64,000 nt of DNA. It comes from an uncultured Dehalococcoidia bacterium. GTDB lineage: Bacteria; Chloroflexota; Dehalococcoidia; SM23-28-2; RBG-16-64-32. Location of the stretch: NCBI GenBank assembly GCA_964558415.1, contig CAZLDI010000016.1, positions 538 to 64,537 of the forward strand. Reading direction: 5' to 3'. The notes under the pieces were generated by a model. It worked only from the letters and a program-made list of their open reading frames with translations, had not been told where the DNA came from and ran no database searches. Positions 1 through 9,738 of this stretch are shown here, one piece after another. Within the stretch, counting starts at the first letter, position 1. The number at the start of each line of letters is the position of its first letter. Both the position numbers and the translations under genes were made by a program.

Positions 1-526
1 GAGCAAACTCTCCTTCCGCCCATCCCGCGGCGAAGGTACCTATGGCCGTCTCCGTAAACGTCTGCCAGTCCAAGTCTGCCAGTGCAAGGACTCCCTGTAC
101 CACCGGCGACCCGTACCAGTCAGAGGCCCGCGCATACGCGCAACACAGGGCCAGATGAGACACTCTTTCAGGATGACGCGCAGCGTAAGCAATGGCGACT
201 GGACTGCTGTGAAGCGGCGCGTACAGAGCAAACTTTTCAAGTTTGAGGCAGTCTACAACCGCCTCCAGGTCCAGGAGGCGCGCGTCCACCGTGAAATCCG
301 TCACGTCGTGGTCAGAGAGCCCGCCTCCTCTTCCGTCGAAGCGCACCAGCATCCTACCTTCGGCCAGCCGCTCGCGCCAGCGGCGGATCTCAGGGACACG
401 CCACTCCGCCTGCAGATGACTCAAAGGAAACCACGGCAGATGCACCAGCGGCGCACCTTCGCCGATCACGGAATAGGCGATGCTTACGCCATCGCTCGTT
501 GTGGCGTACTGGATGCGCGGCTCCAT
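1..526 (-). CDS. alpha/beta hydrolase fold protein (3' end runs off window start)
   Basis: Manual reverse-strand translation from ATG at 526: [125 protein letters not shown]... This pattern is typical of alpha/beta hydrolases. It is absent from the ORF track because no stop lies inside the window. Confidence 0.6.
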   Translation of the reverse strand, partial: MEPRIQYATTSDGVSIAYSVIGEGAPLVHLPWFPLSHLQAEWRVPEIRRWRERLAEGRMLVRFDGRGGGLSDHDVTDFTVDARLLDLEAVVDCLKLEKFALYAPLHSSPVAIAYAARHPERVSHLALCCAYARASDWYGSPVVQGVLALADLDWQTFTETAIGTFAAGWAEGEFA

Positions 527-598
527 GATGCGGCTATTCTACTCCTGTCGGCGTCAGGCGCTGAGCTTGACCCTCGGCGCACACAGAGGTGAGGGGGG

Positions 599-1402
599 TT
601 ACCGTCCGCTGAACTGCGGCTCGCGTTTCTCCATGAACGCCTTCACACCCTCAGCGAAGTCCTTGCTGCCGAACAGCGGCAGCAACTGCAGGAACACGTG
701 GTGTACGCTTGCCTCGAACGACTCCTCCAGGCCCAGGCGCATCATCCGCTTCGTCGCCTGCACCGCCAGTGGCGCGTTGGCCGCGATCTCCGCCGCCATC
801 TCACGCGCTACCGGCATCAACCGCTCGTGCTCGACGACCTGGTTCACAAGCCCGGCAGCCAGCGCCTCCTCCGCGCCCAGCGTCTGCCCACGGAAGGCGA
901 TCTCCGTCGCCTTCGCCCAGCCGACCAGCCGCGGCAGCAGCCACGCGCCGCCGCTCTCCGGCAGGATGCCCCGCTTCGTGAACACCGCCGCCAGCTTGGC
1001 CTCTGTAGAGGCGATACGGATGTCCGCGCCCAGCGCCAGGTCCATCCCGTACCCGGCGGCCGGGCCGTTCAATGCGCAGATCACCGGCTTGTCCGTTGTG
1101 TGCAGCACCACTGGCGGGCTATTGACGAGATCGAACCGCGCCTGCGCCAGCCCACCCGCCCCGTTCGCCCCGATCCCCGTTCCGGCCGTCAGATCTTTCA
1201 GGTCGAGGCCCGCGCAGAAACCGCGACCCGCGCCGGTCAGTATGATCACACGCACCCCTCGGTCGGCGTCGGCGTCGCGAAGCGCCCGGCTGAACGACTC
1301 CAGCATGGGCCCTGTGATCGCGTTCAGCCGGTCCGGGCGGTTCAGGGTAATCGTAGCGACATTGGAGTCGACTTCGTACAGCAGGTCAGCGTATTCAGGC
1401 AT
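599..1402 (-). CDS. enoyl-CoA hydratase/isomerase (crotonase family)
   Basis: 267 aa with [11 protein letters not shown]...[15 protein letters not shown] crotonase motifs. Confidence 0.85.
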   Translation of the reverse strand: MPEYADLLYEVDSNVATITLNRPDRLNAITGPMLESFSRALRDADADRGVRVIILTGAGRGFCAGLDLKDLTAGTGIGANGAGGLAQARFDLVNSPPVVLHTTDKPVICALNGPAAGYGMDLALGADIRIASTEAKLAAVFTKRGILPESGGAWLLPRLVGWAKATEIAFRGQTLGAEEALAAGLVNQVVEHERLMPVAREMAAEIAANAPLAVQATKRMMRLGLEESFEASVHHVFLQLLPLFGSKDFAEGVKAFMEKREPQFSGR

Positions 1403-1562
1403 TGGACACCTCCTGCGGGACAGTTTACCGCGAAGCGCCCGAGAATGCTCGACACCAGCACTTCGCCTCTCCCTTGTAAATCGTCGATGTTCCCGCTACG
1501 CTGAACCCAGATACGGAACCAATCCGCCGCTATCGGCGTTTATTTCCCAGGAGCCGCTCCCT

Positions 1563-2513
1563 TTGGACCATCGAGCAACCGCCCAGCGCATCGCCGAAAA
1601 CGTCGAGCGCGTCATCGTCGGCAAGCGTTCCCAGGTCGAGCTGGCGGTGATGACGCTGATGTGCGGCGGTCACCTGCTGATCGAGGACGTCCCCGGCGTC
1701 GGCAAAACGATGCTCGCGCGCAGCCTCGCGCGCTCCAGCGGCTGCACCTTCAGCCGCATCCAGTTCACTCCGGACCTCCTGCCCAGCGACGTCACCGGCG
1801 TCTCCGTCTACAACCAGAGAACAGGCGACTTTGAGTTCAAGCCCGGACCCGTGCTCTCACAGGTCGTGCTCGCGGACGAGATCAACCGCGCAACACCAAA
1901 AGCGCAGTCTGCTTTGCTGGAGAGTATGGAGGAGCGCCAGATCACGGTTGACGGCGTGACTCACCCCGTGCCGGATCCCTTCATGGTGATGGCGACTCAG
2001 AACCCGATTGAGTACGAAGGCACATTCCCTTTGCCCGAGGCTCAGCTCGACCGCTTCCTCATCCGCCTCGATCTGGGCTACCCGTCGAAGCAGGACGAAC
2101 GCGCCATCATGCAGCGCCAGATGCACGGCCACCCGGTCGGCGAGCTGGCAGAGGTCTGCGAGTCGGGTGACGTCCTGGGACTCCAGGCCGCCGTCCGCGA
2201 GATATACGTCGACATATTGGTCCAGGAGTACATCGTGAATGTCGTCGAGTCGACCCGCAGGCACGACGCCGTATACCTCGGCGCGTCGCCGCGAGGTTCG
2301 CTCGCCCTCCAGCGACTCGGGCAGGCACGCGCGATCCTCGACGGCCGCGACTTTGCGCTCCCTGACGACGTTAAGGCCCTGACCTATCCGGCCCTCGGAC
2401 ACCGGATCATCCTGAACGCCCAGGCCCGGGTGAAGGGCCTGACCCCCCGCGACGTCGTGGAGGACTGCCTGTCGCGCCTGCCGGTCCCCGGGGTGCGGGC
2501 CCGGAGCGCGTAA
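1563..2513 (+). CDS. MoxR-family AAA+ ATPase
   Basis: Walker [15 protein letters not shown] and Walker [10 protein letters not shown], about 317 aa from TTG 1563. The 677 aa track ORF is an N-terminal over-extension overlapping the crotonase gene. Confidence 0.85.
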   Translation: MDHRATAQRIAENVERVIVGKRSQVELAVMTLMCGGHLLIEDVPGVGKTMLARSLARSSGCTFSRIQFTPDLLPSDVTGVSVYNQRTGDFEFKPGPVLSQVVLADEINRATPKAQSALLESMEERQITVDGVTHPVPDPFMVMATQNPIEYEGTFPLPEAQLDRFLIRLDLGYPSKQDERAIMQRQMHGHPVGELAEVCESGDVLGLQAAVREIYVDILVQEYIVNVVESTRRHDAVYLGASPRGSLALQRLGQARAILDGRDFALPDDVKALTYPALGHRIILNAQARVKGLTPRDVVEDCLSRLPVPGVRARSA

Positions 2514-2524
2514 AGAGCCTCCAC

Positions 2525-3811
2525 GTGCGGCGCGCATCACGCGACCTGCGAGACCTCGTCGGCCTTATTCACCGCAATCACAGCCTGCTGCTCGTGCTTG
2601 CGGCCTTCGCTACAACCGTCGCGCTGGCAGCGATCAGCGGGAACTGGTTCTTCTACCGCGGCGCGTACGTTTTGGGCGCGCTTATCCCGCTGTGCCTCAT
2701 CTGGGCCCGCATCAACATCCGCGGCCTGGAAGTGACCGTAGCGCGCGCCAACGACCGGTTACAGGTCGGCCAGGAAGTCGAGGCGCGAGTCCGGCTCCAG
2801 AGTCGCAGCGCTATCACCAAACTGTGGCTCGAAGTCGAAGACGAGACCGACATGCCGGGCGTCCCGCCCCGCACCGTCGTCACCCTGCCGGCGAAAAGCA
2901 GCCGCAACTGGAAAGTGAACATGACGTGCGCTCGCCGCGGCGTCTACTCCACCGGCCCCGTGCGCCTGACCAGCGGAGACCCCTTCGGCCTCTTCCGTTT
3001 CAGCCGCACCTTTGGCGCAAGCGAGACGCTCGTCGTGCTCCCGCGGCCGCAAGAGCTTCCTTATTTCTGGTCGCCCGCTGCTCAACTGCCCGGCGAAGGC
3101 ATCGTGCGCCGCCGCACGCATTACGTGACGCCCAACGCCTCCTCCGTCCGGGAGTACTACCCTGGTGACAGCTACAACCGCATCCACTGGCGCAGCACAG
3201 CCCGCCTGCGCCGCCTGATGGTGAAAACGTATGAGATGGACCCCACGAGCAACGTCTGGATCGTCCTGGACCTCCACCGCGACGTCCAGGCCGGCAGCGG
3301 TGACGACGGCACGGAGGAGTACGCGGTCAGCATCGCGGCTTCACTGGCCTATCACTTCGCGCAGGCCAACCGGATGCTCGGTCTCATCGCCTGCGGACGC
3401 GAAACCGTGGCCATGGATCCGGCTCGCGGCTCCACACAGTACGGTCGTATCCTGGAGGCGCTCGCCACCGCGCGCGCCGAAGGCCCCACGCCGCTGGCGA
3501 GGCTGCTGGAGCAGGAGGGACGGAGGTTTGGGCGTCACACGACTGTGATAGTCGTGACTCCTTCCCCGGACGCAGAATGGACGGCCGCGCTACACACCAC
3601 CGTCCGCCAGGGTGCGCGCGCGGCCGCCGTCCTGCTGGAGCCCGGAAGCTTCGGTCTGGATGGCACCCCCCCACTACCGTTGGAAGAGCTCGCGGCAAGT
3701 AACGTCCTGACTTACGTCGTGCCCTGTGGATCAGACATCTCTCTCATGCTCGGTCCGGCGGGGCTGGCCGCGATAAGTGCGCCCGAGCGGCGCATGGCAG
3801 GGGTGCGCTGA
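2525..3811 (+). CDS. DUF58 (vWA-like) protein, MoxR partner
   Basis: 428 aa with N-terminal TM segments and a central DUF58 region (REYYPGDSYNRIHWRSTARLRRLMVKTYE). It sits immediately downstream of the MoxR gene. Confidence 0.8.
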   Translation: MRRASRDLRDLVGLIHRNHSLLLVLAAFATTVALAAISGNWFFYRGAYVLGALIPLCLIWARINIRGLEVTVARANDRLQVGQEVEARVRLQSRSAITKLWLEVEDETDMPGVPPRTVVTLPAKSSRNWKVNMTCARRGVYSTGPVRLTSGDPFGLFRFSRTFGASETLVVLPRPQELPYFWSPAAQLPGEGIVRRRTHYVTPNASSVREYYPGDSYNRIHWRSTARLRRLMVKTYEMDPTSNVWIVLDLHRDVQAGSGDDGTEEYAVSIAASLAYHFAQANRMLGLIACGRETVAMDPARGSTQYGRILEALATARAEGPTPLARLLEQEGRRFGRHTTVIVVTPSPDAEWTAALHTTVRQGARAAAVLLEPGSFGLDGTPPLPLEELAASNVLTYVVPCGSDISLMLGPAGLAAISAPERRMAGVR

Positions 3812-3812
3812 G

Positions 3813-6365
3813 ATGGCCACTCGCGAGTGGATGAGGCCCATACCCGTGGCGGCGCCGGCGGCGCCACCGCTGACCAGGCGCATCTTCGGCCGCTACGGCG
3901 ACTGGGAGGACTGGCTCACGTTTCTCCTGGCTCTGGGCGCGACTCTCAGCGTATCCGCGTCACTGGAAGCAGGCGGCTGGTCCCAGAATATGCCGCCGCT
4001 TACGCTCGTTTCTGTGCTCGCCCTGCTGGGCGCGCTGATTATCTCGCGTTCCGGTCTGCCCGTCGTCGCCGCCTGGCCGCTGGCAGTTCTCGTTGGGGCG
4101 CTTGTCCTCGGCTGGTTGACGTTAGACGCGGTGGGTCCGGGCGACCTGGAACAGCGTCTGGACGCGGTGTATTACCGGTTTCGGGATTGGTTCCGGCTGG
4201 CCTTTGGCGGTGGCGTGAGCAACGATGATCTGCCGTTCGATACCCTTGTGCTCGGCCTCACCTGGCTCGGTGTCTTTCTGTTCGGTTGGAGCGTCTTTCG
4301 CTGGCACATCTCATGGCTCGGACTGATTCCCGGCGGAGTCGGACTGTTCGTCGACCTCGCCTTCGTGGGCGACGAGCTTTCGGGTTCCATCGCCTTGTTC
4401 ATGCTCTTCGGGTTCCTGCTGGTGATGCGCACGAACCTGATGGTGCGAATGGCGCGCTGGAGGGCAGAGGGAACATCGTACCCACCCCTCATCAGCCTCT
4501 CTTTCATCAACTTCACAGGCTGGGCCCTCCTCGTCGTCATGGCCGGCGCCTGGGTGGCTCCCGTGGGGCCTTTCGCAACGCCCGGCATCGTAAAGGCTGC
4601 GACCGAGGGCATCGCGGAGATCGGGGCCAATTTCGTTCGGCTAGCGGGCCCGCTGGAAGTGAAGAAGGTCGTCCCGGTGCACAGCTACACCGGCGTCCTC
4701 CCCTTCCAGGGCTCCGTCAAGCTAGGCACCCGCGAACTACTGCTCGTCACCGTCAACGAAGAGACGTCGGTGACCGGTCCAATCCCCCTCCGCGGCGCTG
4801 TGTACGATATTTACTCCCCCGGTGGCTGGCAGGCCGGCGAGCGCGTTTCCGTCCAACTGCCGCCGTGGACCGACGAGGAGGTAGACAAGGCAGTCGCCAA
4901 TGGCGACTTGCAAGGAACCGTGATCACGCTAACCGTGCGCGTGGAGCGGAAGAGCGTCGTCGGGACAGTGCTCTTCTCACCCGGGGACACGCTCGCCAGC
5001 AGCTCACACTTCCAGATCGAGGCTGCATCGGACGGCGTCGCCGAAGTGGAACGGAGGGAGGGCCGCCGCGCCAACTTCCTCGTCCCGAACGCGGGCGCCG
5101 AGCTTTCGAACCAGGAGGTGCTTACGGCCGCGGTCGATCAATACCTGAACGGAGACGGGGTGGGGCTCACAGTCCGCAGGGACCCGGACGGGCGCGTCCT
5201 GGGCGTGACGCTTCTGCGCAGCACTACAGGCGTGCCTGATGGCCTCGTGACCAAACCACCACAACGCATCCAGGAAGGTAACACCTACACAGTCACGGGT
5301 TTCATCTCCTCGCCCTCGGCTGAGGAACTCAGACTCGCCGGCAGCGACACCCCTCCGGGTGATTACCTGCAACTGCCTGACGATCTCCCATCACGCATCA
5401 AGGACAGGGCACTGGAGATCATGTGGCTCTCCCCCATAGCCAACGATGATCAGAACCGACTCCTGGCCGCGGGAGGCAGGCCTACACCATACGACACCGC
5501 GAAGGCGATCGAGGACTATCTTCGTCAGTTCCCGGTCGACTTCAACGTGAAGAAGGCGCCGCCCGGCGAGGACGCCGTGGACTATTTCCTGTTCGAGTCG
5601 CAGCGCGGTTACTTTGACTACCACGCTTCGGCCATGGTCGTCATGCTGCGCTCGCTCGGTATCCCCTCCCGCCTCGCGGTCGGTTTCGTCGTGGACGACG
5701 CCGACCGCACTCGCACCGGCGGCCCTTACCTCGTCCGCGACCTCAACGCCTACGCCTGGACAGAGGTCTACTTCCCCGGATATGGCTGGATAGCCTTCAA
5801 CCCCTCACCCGATCGACAGGCGGACCTGCGTCCTGTCGTCTCCGCGGCGCCGGAGCCTGTGGAGCCGCTCGGACCCGAAGACATCCGCGACGTGGGCCTC
5901 GGCGGCGACGCCAATATCGACTTCGGGTTCGAGGGGCTGGGAGGAGGCGGGCCATCAGCGACTACCGGCGGACGGGACTACAACCCCCTGATCACCCTCG
6001 GCGTCCTCAGCGTGATCGCACTGCTCGCCGGATCGGTGTTCCTCGGCTGGCAACGCTCCGTCGCCGGACTCCCCTATTCGCAGCAACTCTGGGAGAAAAC
6101 CGTCCGCCTCGCCGGCTGGGCCGGGCACCCACCGCAACCCGGCCAGACACCACGCATCTACGCTGAGCACATCGAGCGCACGTTCGTAGATACGCGAGGC
6201 GTCCGCGAGCTGGCACGCGCCTATAATCGCTCTCGCTTCGGCAGGCGCGAAGTCGAAGGCGAGGACCGCGAACGAATCCGTGATTCGTGGCCGGACACAC
6301 GGAACGCCCTGCTTCGCGGCATCGTCGGCCGCGTGTTGCGACGACGGCGCGTGACGCCGGAATAA
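3813..6365 (+). CDS. transglutaminase-like domain membrane protein (TgpA-like)
   Basis: Multi-TM N-terminus and a C-terminal transglutaminase core (YFDYHASAMVVMLRSLGIPSRLAVGF...DLNAYAWTEVYFPGYGWIAFNPS). Start moved to ATG 3813, just after the DUF58 stop. It completes a classical MoxR-DUF58-TGase triad. Confidence 0.8.
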   Translation: MATREWMRPIPVAAPAAPPLTRRIFGRYGDWEDWLTFLLALGATLSVSASLEAGGWSQNMPPLTLVSVLALLGALIISRSGLPVVAAWPLAVLVGALVLGWLTLDAVGPGDLEQRLDAVYYRFRDWFRLAFGGGVSNDDLPFDTLVLGLTWLGVFLFGWSVFRWHISWLGLIPGGVGLFVDLAFVGDELSGSIALFMLFGFLLVMRTNLMVRMARWRAEGTSYPPLISLSFINFTGWALLVVMAGAWVAPVGPFATPGIVKAATEGIAEIGANFVRLAGPLEVKKVVPVHSYTGVLPFQGSVKLGTRELLLVTVNEETSVTGPIPLRGAVYDIYSPGGWQAGERVSVQLPPWTDEEVDKAVANGDLQGTVITLTVRVERKSVVGTVLFSPGDTLASSSHFQIEAASDGVAEVERREGRRANFLVPNAGAELSNQEVLTAAVDQYLNGDGVGLTVRRDPDGRVLGVTLLRSTTGVPDGLVTKPPQRIQEGNTYTVTGFISSPSAEELRLAGSDTPPGDYLQLPDDLPSRIKDRALEIMWLSPIANDDQNRLLAAGGRPTPYDTAKAIEDYLRQFPVDFNVKKAPPGEDAVDYFLFESQRGYFDYHASAMVVMLRSLGIPSRLAVGFVVDDADRTRTGGPYLVRDLNAYAWTEVYFPGYGWIAFNPSPDRQADLRPVVSAAPEPVEPLGPEDIRDVGLGGDANIDFGFEGLGGGGPSATTGGRDYNPLITLGVLSVIALLAGSVFLGWQRSVAGLPYSQQLWEKTVRLAGWAGHPPQPGQTPRIYAEHIERTFVDTRGVRELARAYNRSRFGRREVEGEDRERIRDSWPDTRNALLRGIVGRVLRRRRVTPE

Positions 6366-6414
6366 GCGCGCCCCTGCGAATCCACCCGCGATATGATGAG
6401 GCGCAAAGCCTCAC

Positions 6415-7710
6415 ATGACACGCCTCGCGACCGCCCTGACAGACCGCACCGGATTCTTCTACGGTTGGTGGGTTGTCGCCGCTTCCGCCGCCATCGTTTT
6501 CCTGACCGGCGGAACGTTCTTTTACGGCTTCGGCGCGCTCTTCAACCCCATCGTGAACGAGTTCGGCTGGAGCCGCGCCAGCGTATCGTTCGCGTTCTCA
6601 CTGCGCTCCGAAGTGGGCGGCCTCGCCGCCCCGGTAATCGGCTTCACGGTAGACCGCTTCGGTGCGCGCCGGCTGATGATGACCGGCGTTCTTCTGGTCG
6701 CGCTGGGCTTCGTTCTCCTGAGCAAGATTGAGTCGCTGGCCGGGTTCTACGGCGCGGTGATCGTCATCGCGATCGGCATGAGCGCGACCGGTGGCCCGAT
6801 AGGGATGGTGGCGATCACCCACTGGTTCCACAGGCGGCGCGGCCGCGCTCTGGCGGTGATGACCGTCGGGGCGGGTGCCAGCGGTGTGATGGTGCTCGTC
6901 CTCTCAGCGTTGATCTCCGCGTTTGGCTGGCGAGACGCATTGGTGATCATCGCCGCGCTGCAGGTAATCATCTGCCTGCCCCTCGCAGCCAGCGTCCGCA
7001 ACCGGCCGGAGGAGATGGGGCTGCAGCCGGACGGGGAGGCACCCCCGCGCGCCGACGAGCTTTCAACGGCCGGCGCGCGCGTCCGAGACGCACACTGGGG
7101 TCTCACGGTTCGCGAGACGTTGCGAACCAGCACCTTTTGGAAGCTCTCCTTCGCTGTAATGCTGGCCAACCTGGGCACCACGGCGATCATCGTCCATCAG
7201 ATCCCGTTCCTCACGTCAACGGTTGGCTTCTCCGACGGCCTTGCGGCCGCTTCCGTGGCGATAATGACCTTGCTTAGCCTCATCGGGCGACTCGGCTTCG
7301 GACAGTTAGCGGACGTGATGGACAAGCGGCACGTCATGGCCGTGGCGTTCGCCATCTCGGGACTCTCCCTGCTGCTCTTCGCGACGGTCTATGAGAGCTG
7401 GCAGGTACTGTACGCTCTCCCTCTGTTCGCCATCGGCTTCGGCGGCGCGATCCCCGTCCGGCCGGCGCTTCAGGCTGACTACTTCGGCCTCAGGGCGTTC
7501 GGAGCGATACAGGGCCTCACGTTCGCGATAGCCACGATTGGCGTCCTTCTCGGGCCGGTCTTCGCCGGTTGGGTGTATGACGAGACGAACAGCTACAGGA
7601 CGGCGTTTGTCGTTCTCTCCCTGTGTTCGCTGCTGGCCGCTCCGCTCATCCTGACGACCCGCACGGCCGCCGGGCAGCCGCCCGCTCCGCTCAGTACTGT
7701 TCCAGACTAA
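6415..7710 (+). CDS. MFS transporter
   Basis: 431 aa with about 12 predicted TM helices in two halves and a central cytoplasmic loop. Confidence 0.8.
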   Translation: MTRLATALTDRTGFFYGWWVVAASAAIVFLTGGTFFYGFGALFNPIVNEFGWSRASVSFAFSLRSEVGGLAAPVIGFTVDRFGARRLMMTGVLLVALGFVLLSKIESLAGFYGAVIVIAIGMSATGGPIGMVAITHWFHRRRGRALAVMTVGAGASGVMVLVLSALISAFGWRDALVIIAALQVIICLPLAASVRNRPEEMGLQPDGEAPPRADELSTAGARVRDAHWGLTVRETLRTSTFWKLSFAVMLANLGTTAIIVHQIPFLTSTVGFSDGLAAASVAIMTLLSLIGRLGFGQLADVMDKRHVMAVAFAISGLSLLLFATVYESWQVLYALPLFAIGFGGAIPVRPALQADYFGLRAFGAIQGLTFAIATIGVLLGPVFAGWVYDETNSYRTAFVVLSLCSLLAAPLILTTRTAAGQPPAPLSTVPD

Positions 7711-9731
7711 GGAAGGTAGGCCACCGGGTCCACTGGCGATCCGTTGATCCACATCTCGAAGTGCAAGTGCGTCCCCGTGGACGCGCCGGCGCACCCGAGC
7801 CCTCCGACACGCTCCGAGGTCAAGACTTTCTGACCTTCGGAGACGTATATCTCCGAGAGATGCGCGTATATCGTCTGTGATCCGTCGCCGTGCGTGATAC
7901 GGACATACCTGCCGAAATCGCGGTCGTCGTAGCTTACCGTGTCCACTACACCCGAGGCGGCAGCCAGAACAGGCGCTCCGTAGTAGCCGAGGCCGCCCAC
8001 GTCGATCGCCCCGTGGATGTAGCCCGGGCGCTCCTCACCGAAACCGCTCGTGATCGGACCGTAGAACGGCCAGACATAGCCCGTGGACGACGGTACGTGC
8101 ATCGCCTTGTAGCCGCTCAACTCCTGAATGAACGCCGATGCGGGAACACCCCCTGGGATCAGAATTCGCATATCATCGTCGAGCTCGTCTGCTGAGCTCA
8201 GGTGATTGCCCGGGTACGCGACAATGTCGTCTGGATCGGCGCTGTAGGTCGCGGCGATCCCCTCAACGGTCTCGCCGGGCTCAACCTCATGGATGATCCC
8301 CGCTACCCCCGGCAGAAGTAGCCTGCGGCCTACCAGTAACCTGTCGTCAATGCCGTAGTCCGGATTATTCCAGAGGATGTGGTCCGGGCAAACGTCGAAC
8401 TCTTTGGAGATGGACATCAAGCTATCGCCGGACTTGATCGTGTAGGAGAAAAACGCCGGTGCCCTCACGCCGAAACGCATTGGTGCCGCGGACGGAGTGG
8501 GTGTGGGGGCAATGAACGCGAACACCGGCGCCGCAGAGGGGGTCGGCGCGGGCGTTTCGCTCACCACGGTCTCGAGGACGGCGGGAGAGTGAAGGTAACC
8601 CAGTACCGCCTGCTGCGAATCTACCCCATAGGCTTCCGCCGTTGGCCCTTCGCCCCCTCCCGCGCTTCGGACTCCAAGGCCGGCTGCCAGCATTAGTGAC
8701 AGGCCGAAAAACAGAACGTGAAGCAGATAGCGCTGGACGGATGGACGCCTTGGCTGGTCTGAACCGGCATCATCGCTACGCAGCTCAGCCGCCGTTCGAA
8801 TCACCGTGGGTTTCTCAATATCGGGTACTTCTTCTTCGTTGCGGACGGTGCGGACAACCACTGGCGCCAAGTCCGGTTCTTCGTCGGTGCCGGGGGTTGG
8901 CGGAAGCGGCGCATCCGCAGCGGGGGTGCCAATGGATTGCTGCGGAGGCTCGTTCGCGGCCTCGGGCGAAGGCTGGGTGCGCGGGCTATCACTTATTTCC
9001 GAATCCGCGGTGTATTCCAGAGGACCCGCGTCTGGTGGCGTGGGTCCTGGCTCCGCCGTGGCCGCAGCCGTCGCCTGCCCCGTATCTGACACCGCCCCAG
9101 GCGGTAACGACGCATCGGCCGGCGCAGCATCTACTCGCACAACCACTGCGTCTGAGCGCTCCACCGTCGCGGCCGCTTCGGCCTCCGGCTCCGGCTCCCT
9201 CGGAGCCCCGGCCACAATGGTGAGGCCCAATCTCCTTCCGATATCAGTCACATCACCCAGGAGTTCTGCTATCGGTATATCTTCGACTTCGGACGCCAGA
9301 CTTCCCTCTTGGGCTTCCTCCTTCGCGTCTCGGAACAGGTCCAGCAGGTCGTCGCCCAGCGCATCATTGGACTCAATGCTGAGTCCCACCAGTGCGTCCA
9401 GCGGCGACGTCATCGCCTGTTCTTTAGCAGGGTCCGCCGCGCTCTGCGCCCCGGGCTCAAGCGCGGTGGCTGCCGGCGGCGTTTCCACCGAGGGGTCGTG
9501 TATCCTACCGACTTCCGTCAGCGCCTCGAGAGGGTCCGGTACCACCTCCGGCAGGGTAGGTGGCTCATCAAGCGACACCGGAGCGACTGGCTCAGTCGTC
9601 GCTTCCCGGCGCGCGCGCGCCTGTGCCATCACCTGCTCCCGTGCCAGAAGCAACTGGTCACCCGCCTCAGACTTGGCAGGCCCGCCATTCGGCGACGCCT
9701 TCTTGAAGGGAAGTATCCTCGGAAGTCTCAT
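7707..9731 (-). CDS. M23 family peptidase with LysM domain and long N-terminal Pro/Ala/Glu-rich region, single TM
   Basis: C-terminal M23 motifs (HGAIDVGG...GTHLHFEMWINGSPVDP) and LysM (YTIKSGDSLMSISKEF). TM segment YLLHVLFFGLSLMLAAGLGV. The start codon is 7 nt downstream of the flaJ stop, with GGAGGG inside the flaJ 3' end. The true start could lie further downstream. Confidence 0.75.
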   Translation of the reverse strand: MRLPRILPFKKASPNGGPAKSEAGDQLLLAREQVMAQARARREATTEPVAPVSLDEPPTLPEVVPDPLEALTEVGRIHDPSVETPPAATALEPGAQSAADPAKEQAMTSPLDALVGLSIESNDALGDDLLDLFRDAKEEAQEGSLASEVEDIPIAELLGDVTDIGRRLGLTIVAGAPREPEPEAEAAATVERSDAVVVRVDAAPADASLPPGAVSDTGQATAAATAEPGPTPPDAGPLEYTADSEISDSPRTQPSPEAANEPPQQSIGTPAADAPLPPTPGTDEEPDLAPVVVRTVRNEEEVPDIEKPTVIRTAAELRSDDAGSDQPRRPSVQRYLLHVLFFGLSLMLAAGLGVRSAGGGEGPTAEAYGVDSQQAVLGYLHSPAVLETVVSETPAPTPSAAPVFAFIAPTPTPSAAPMRFGVRAPAFFSYTIKSGDSLMSISKEFDVCPDHILWNNPDYGIDDRLLVGRRLLLPGVAGIIHEVEPGETVEGIAATYSADPDDIVAYPGNHLSSADELDDDMRILIPGGVPASAFIQELSGYKAMHVPSSTGYVWPFYGPITSGFGEERPGYIHGAIDVGGLGYYGAPVLAAASGVVDTVSYDDRDFGRYVRITHGDGSQTIYAHLSEIYVSEGQKVLTSERVGGLGCAGASTGTHLHFEMWINGSPVDPVAYLP

Positions 9732-9738
9732 CGGCTTG

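Noticed and set aside
480-2513. 677-aa ORF spanning the crotonase gene on the opposite strand and the MoxR gene
   Set aside because: Only the last roughly 317 aa are MoxR. The N-terminal 360 aa are antisense to a well-supported enoyl-CoA hydratase and have low-complexity Ser/Ala/Arg-rich composition.
4286-5239. 317-aa Arg/Gly-rich ORF inside the transglutaminase-like gene
   Set aside because: It is an alternate frame of a strongly supported CDS. Its composition is typical of high-GC frame artefacts.
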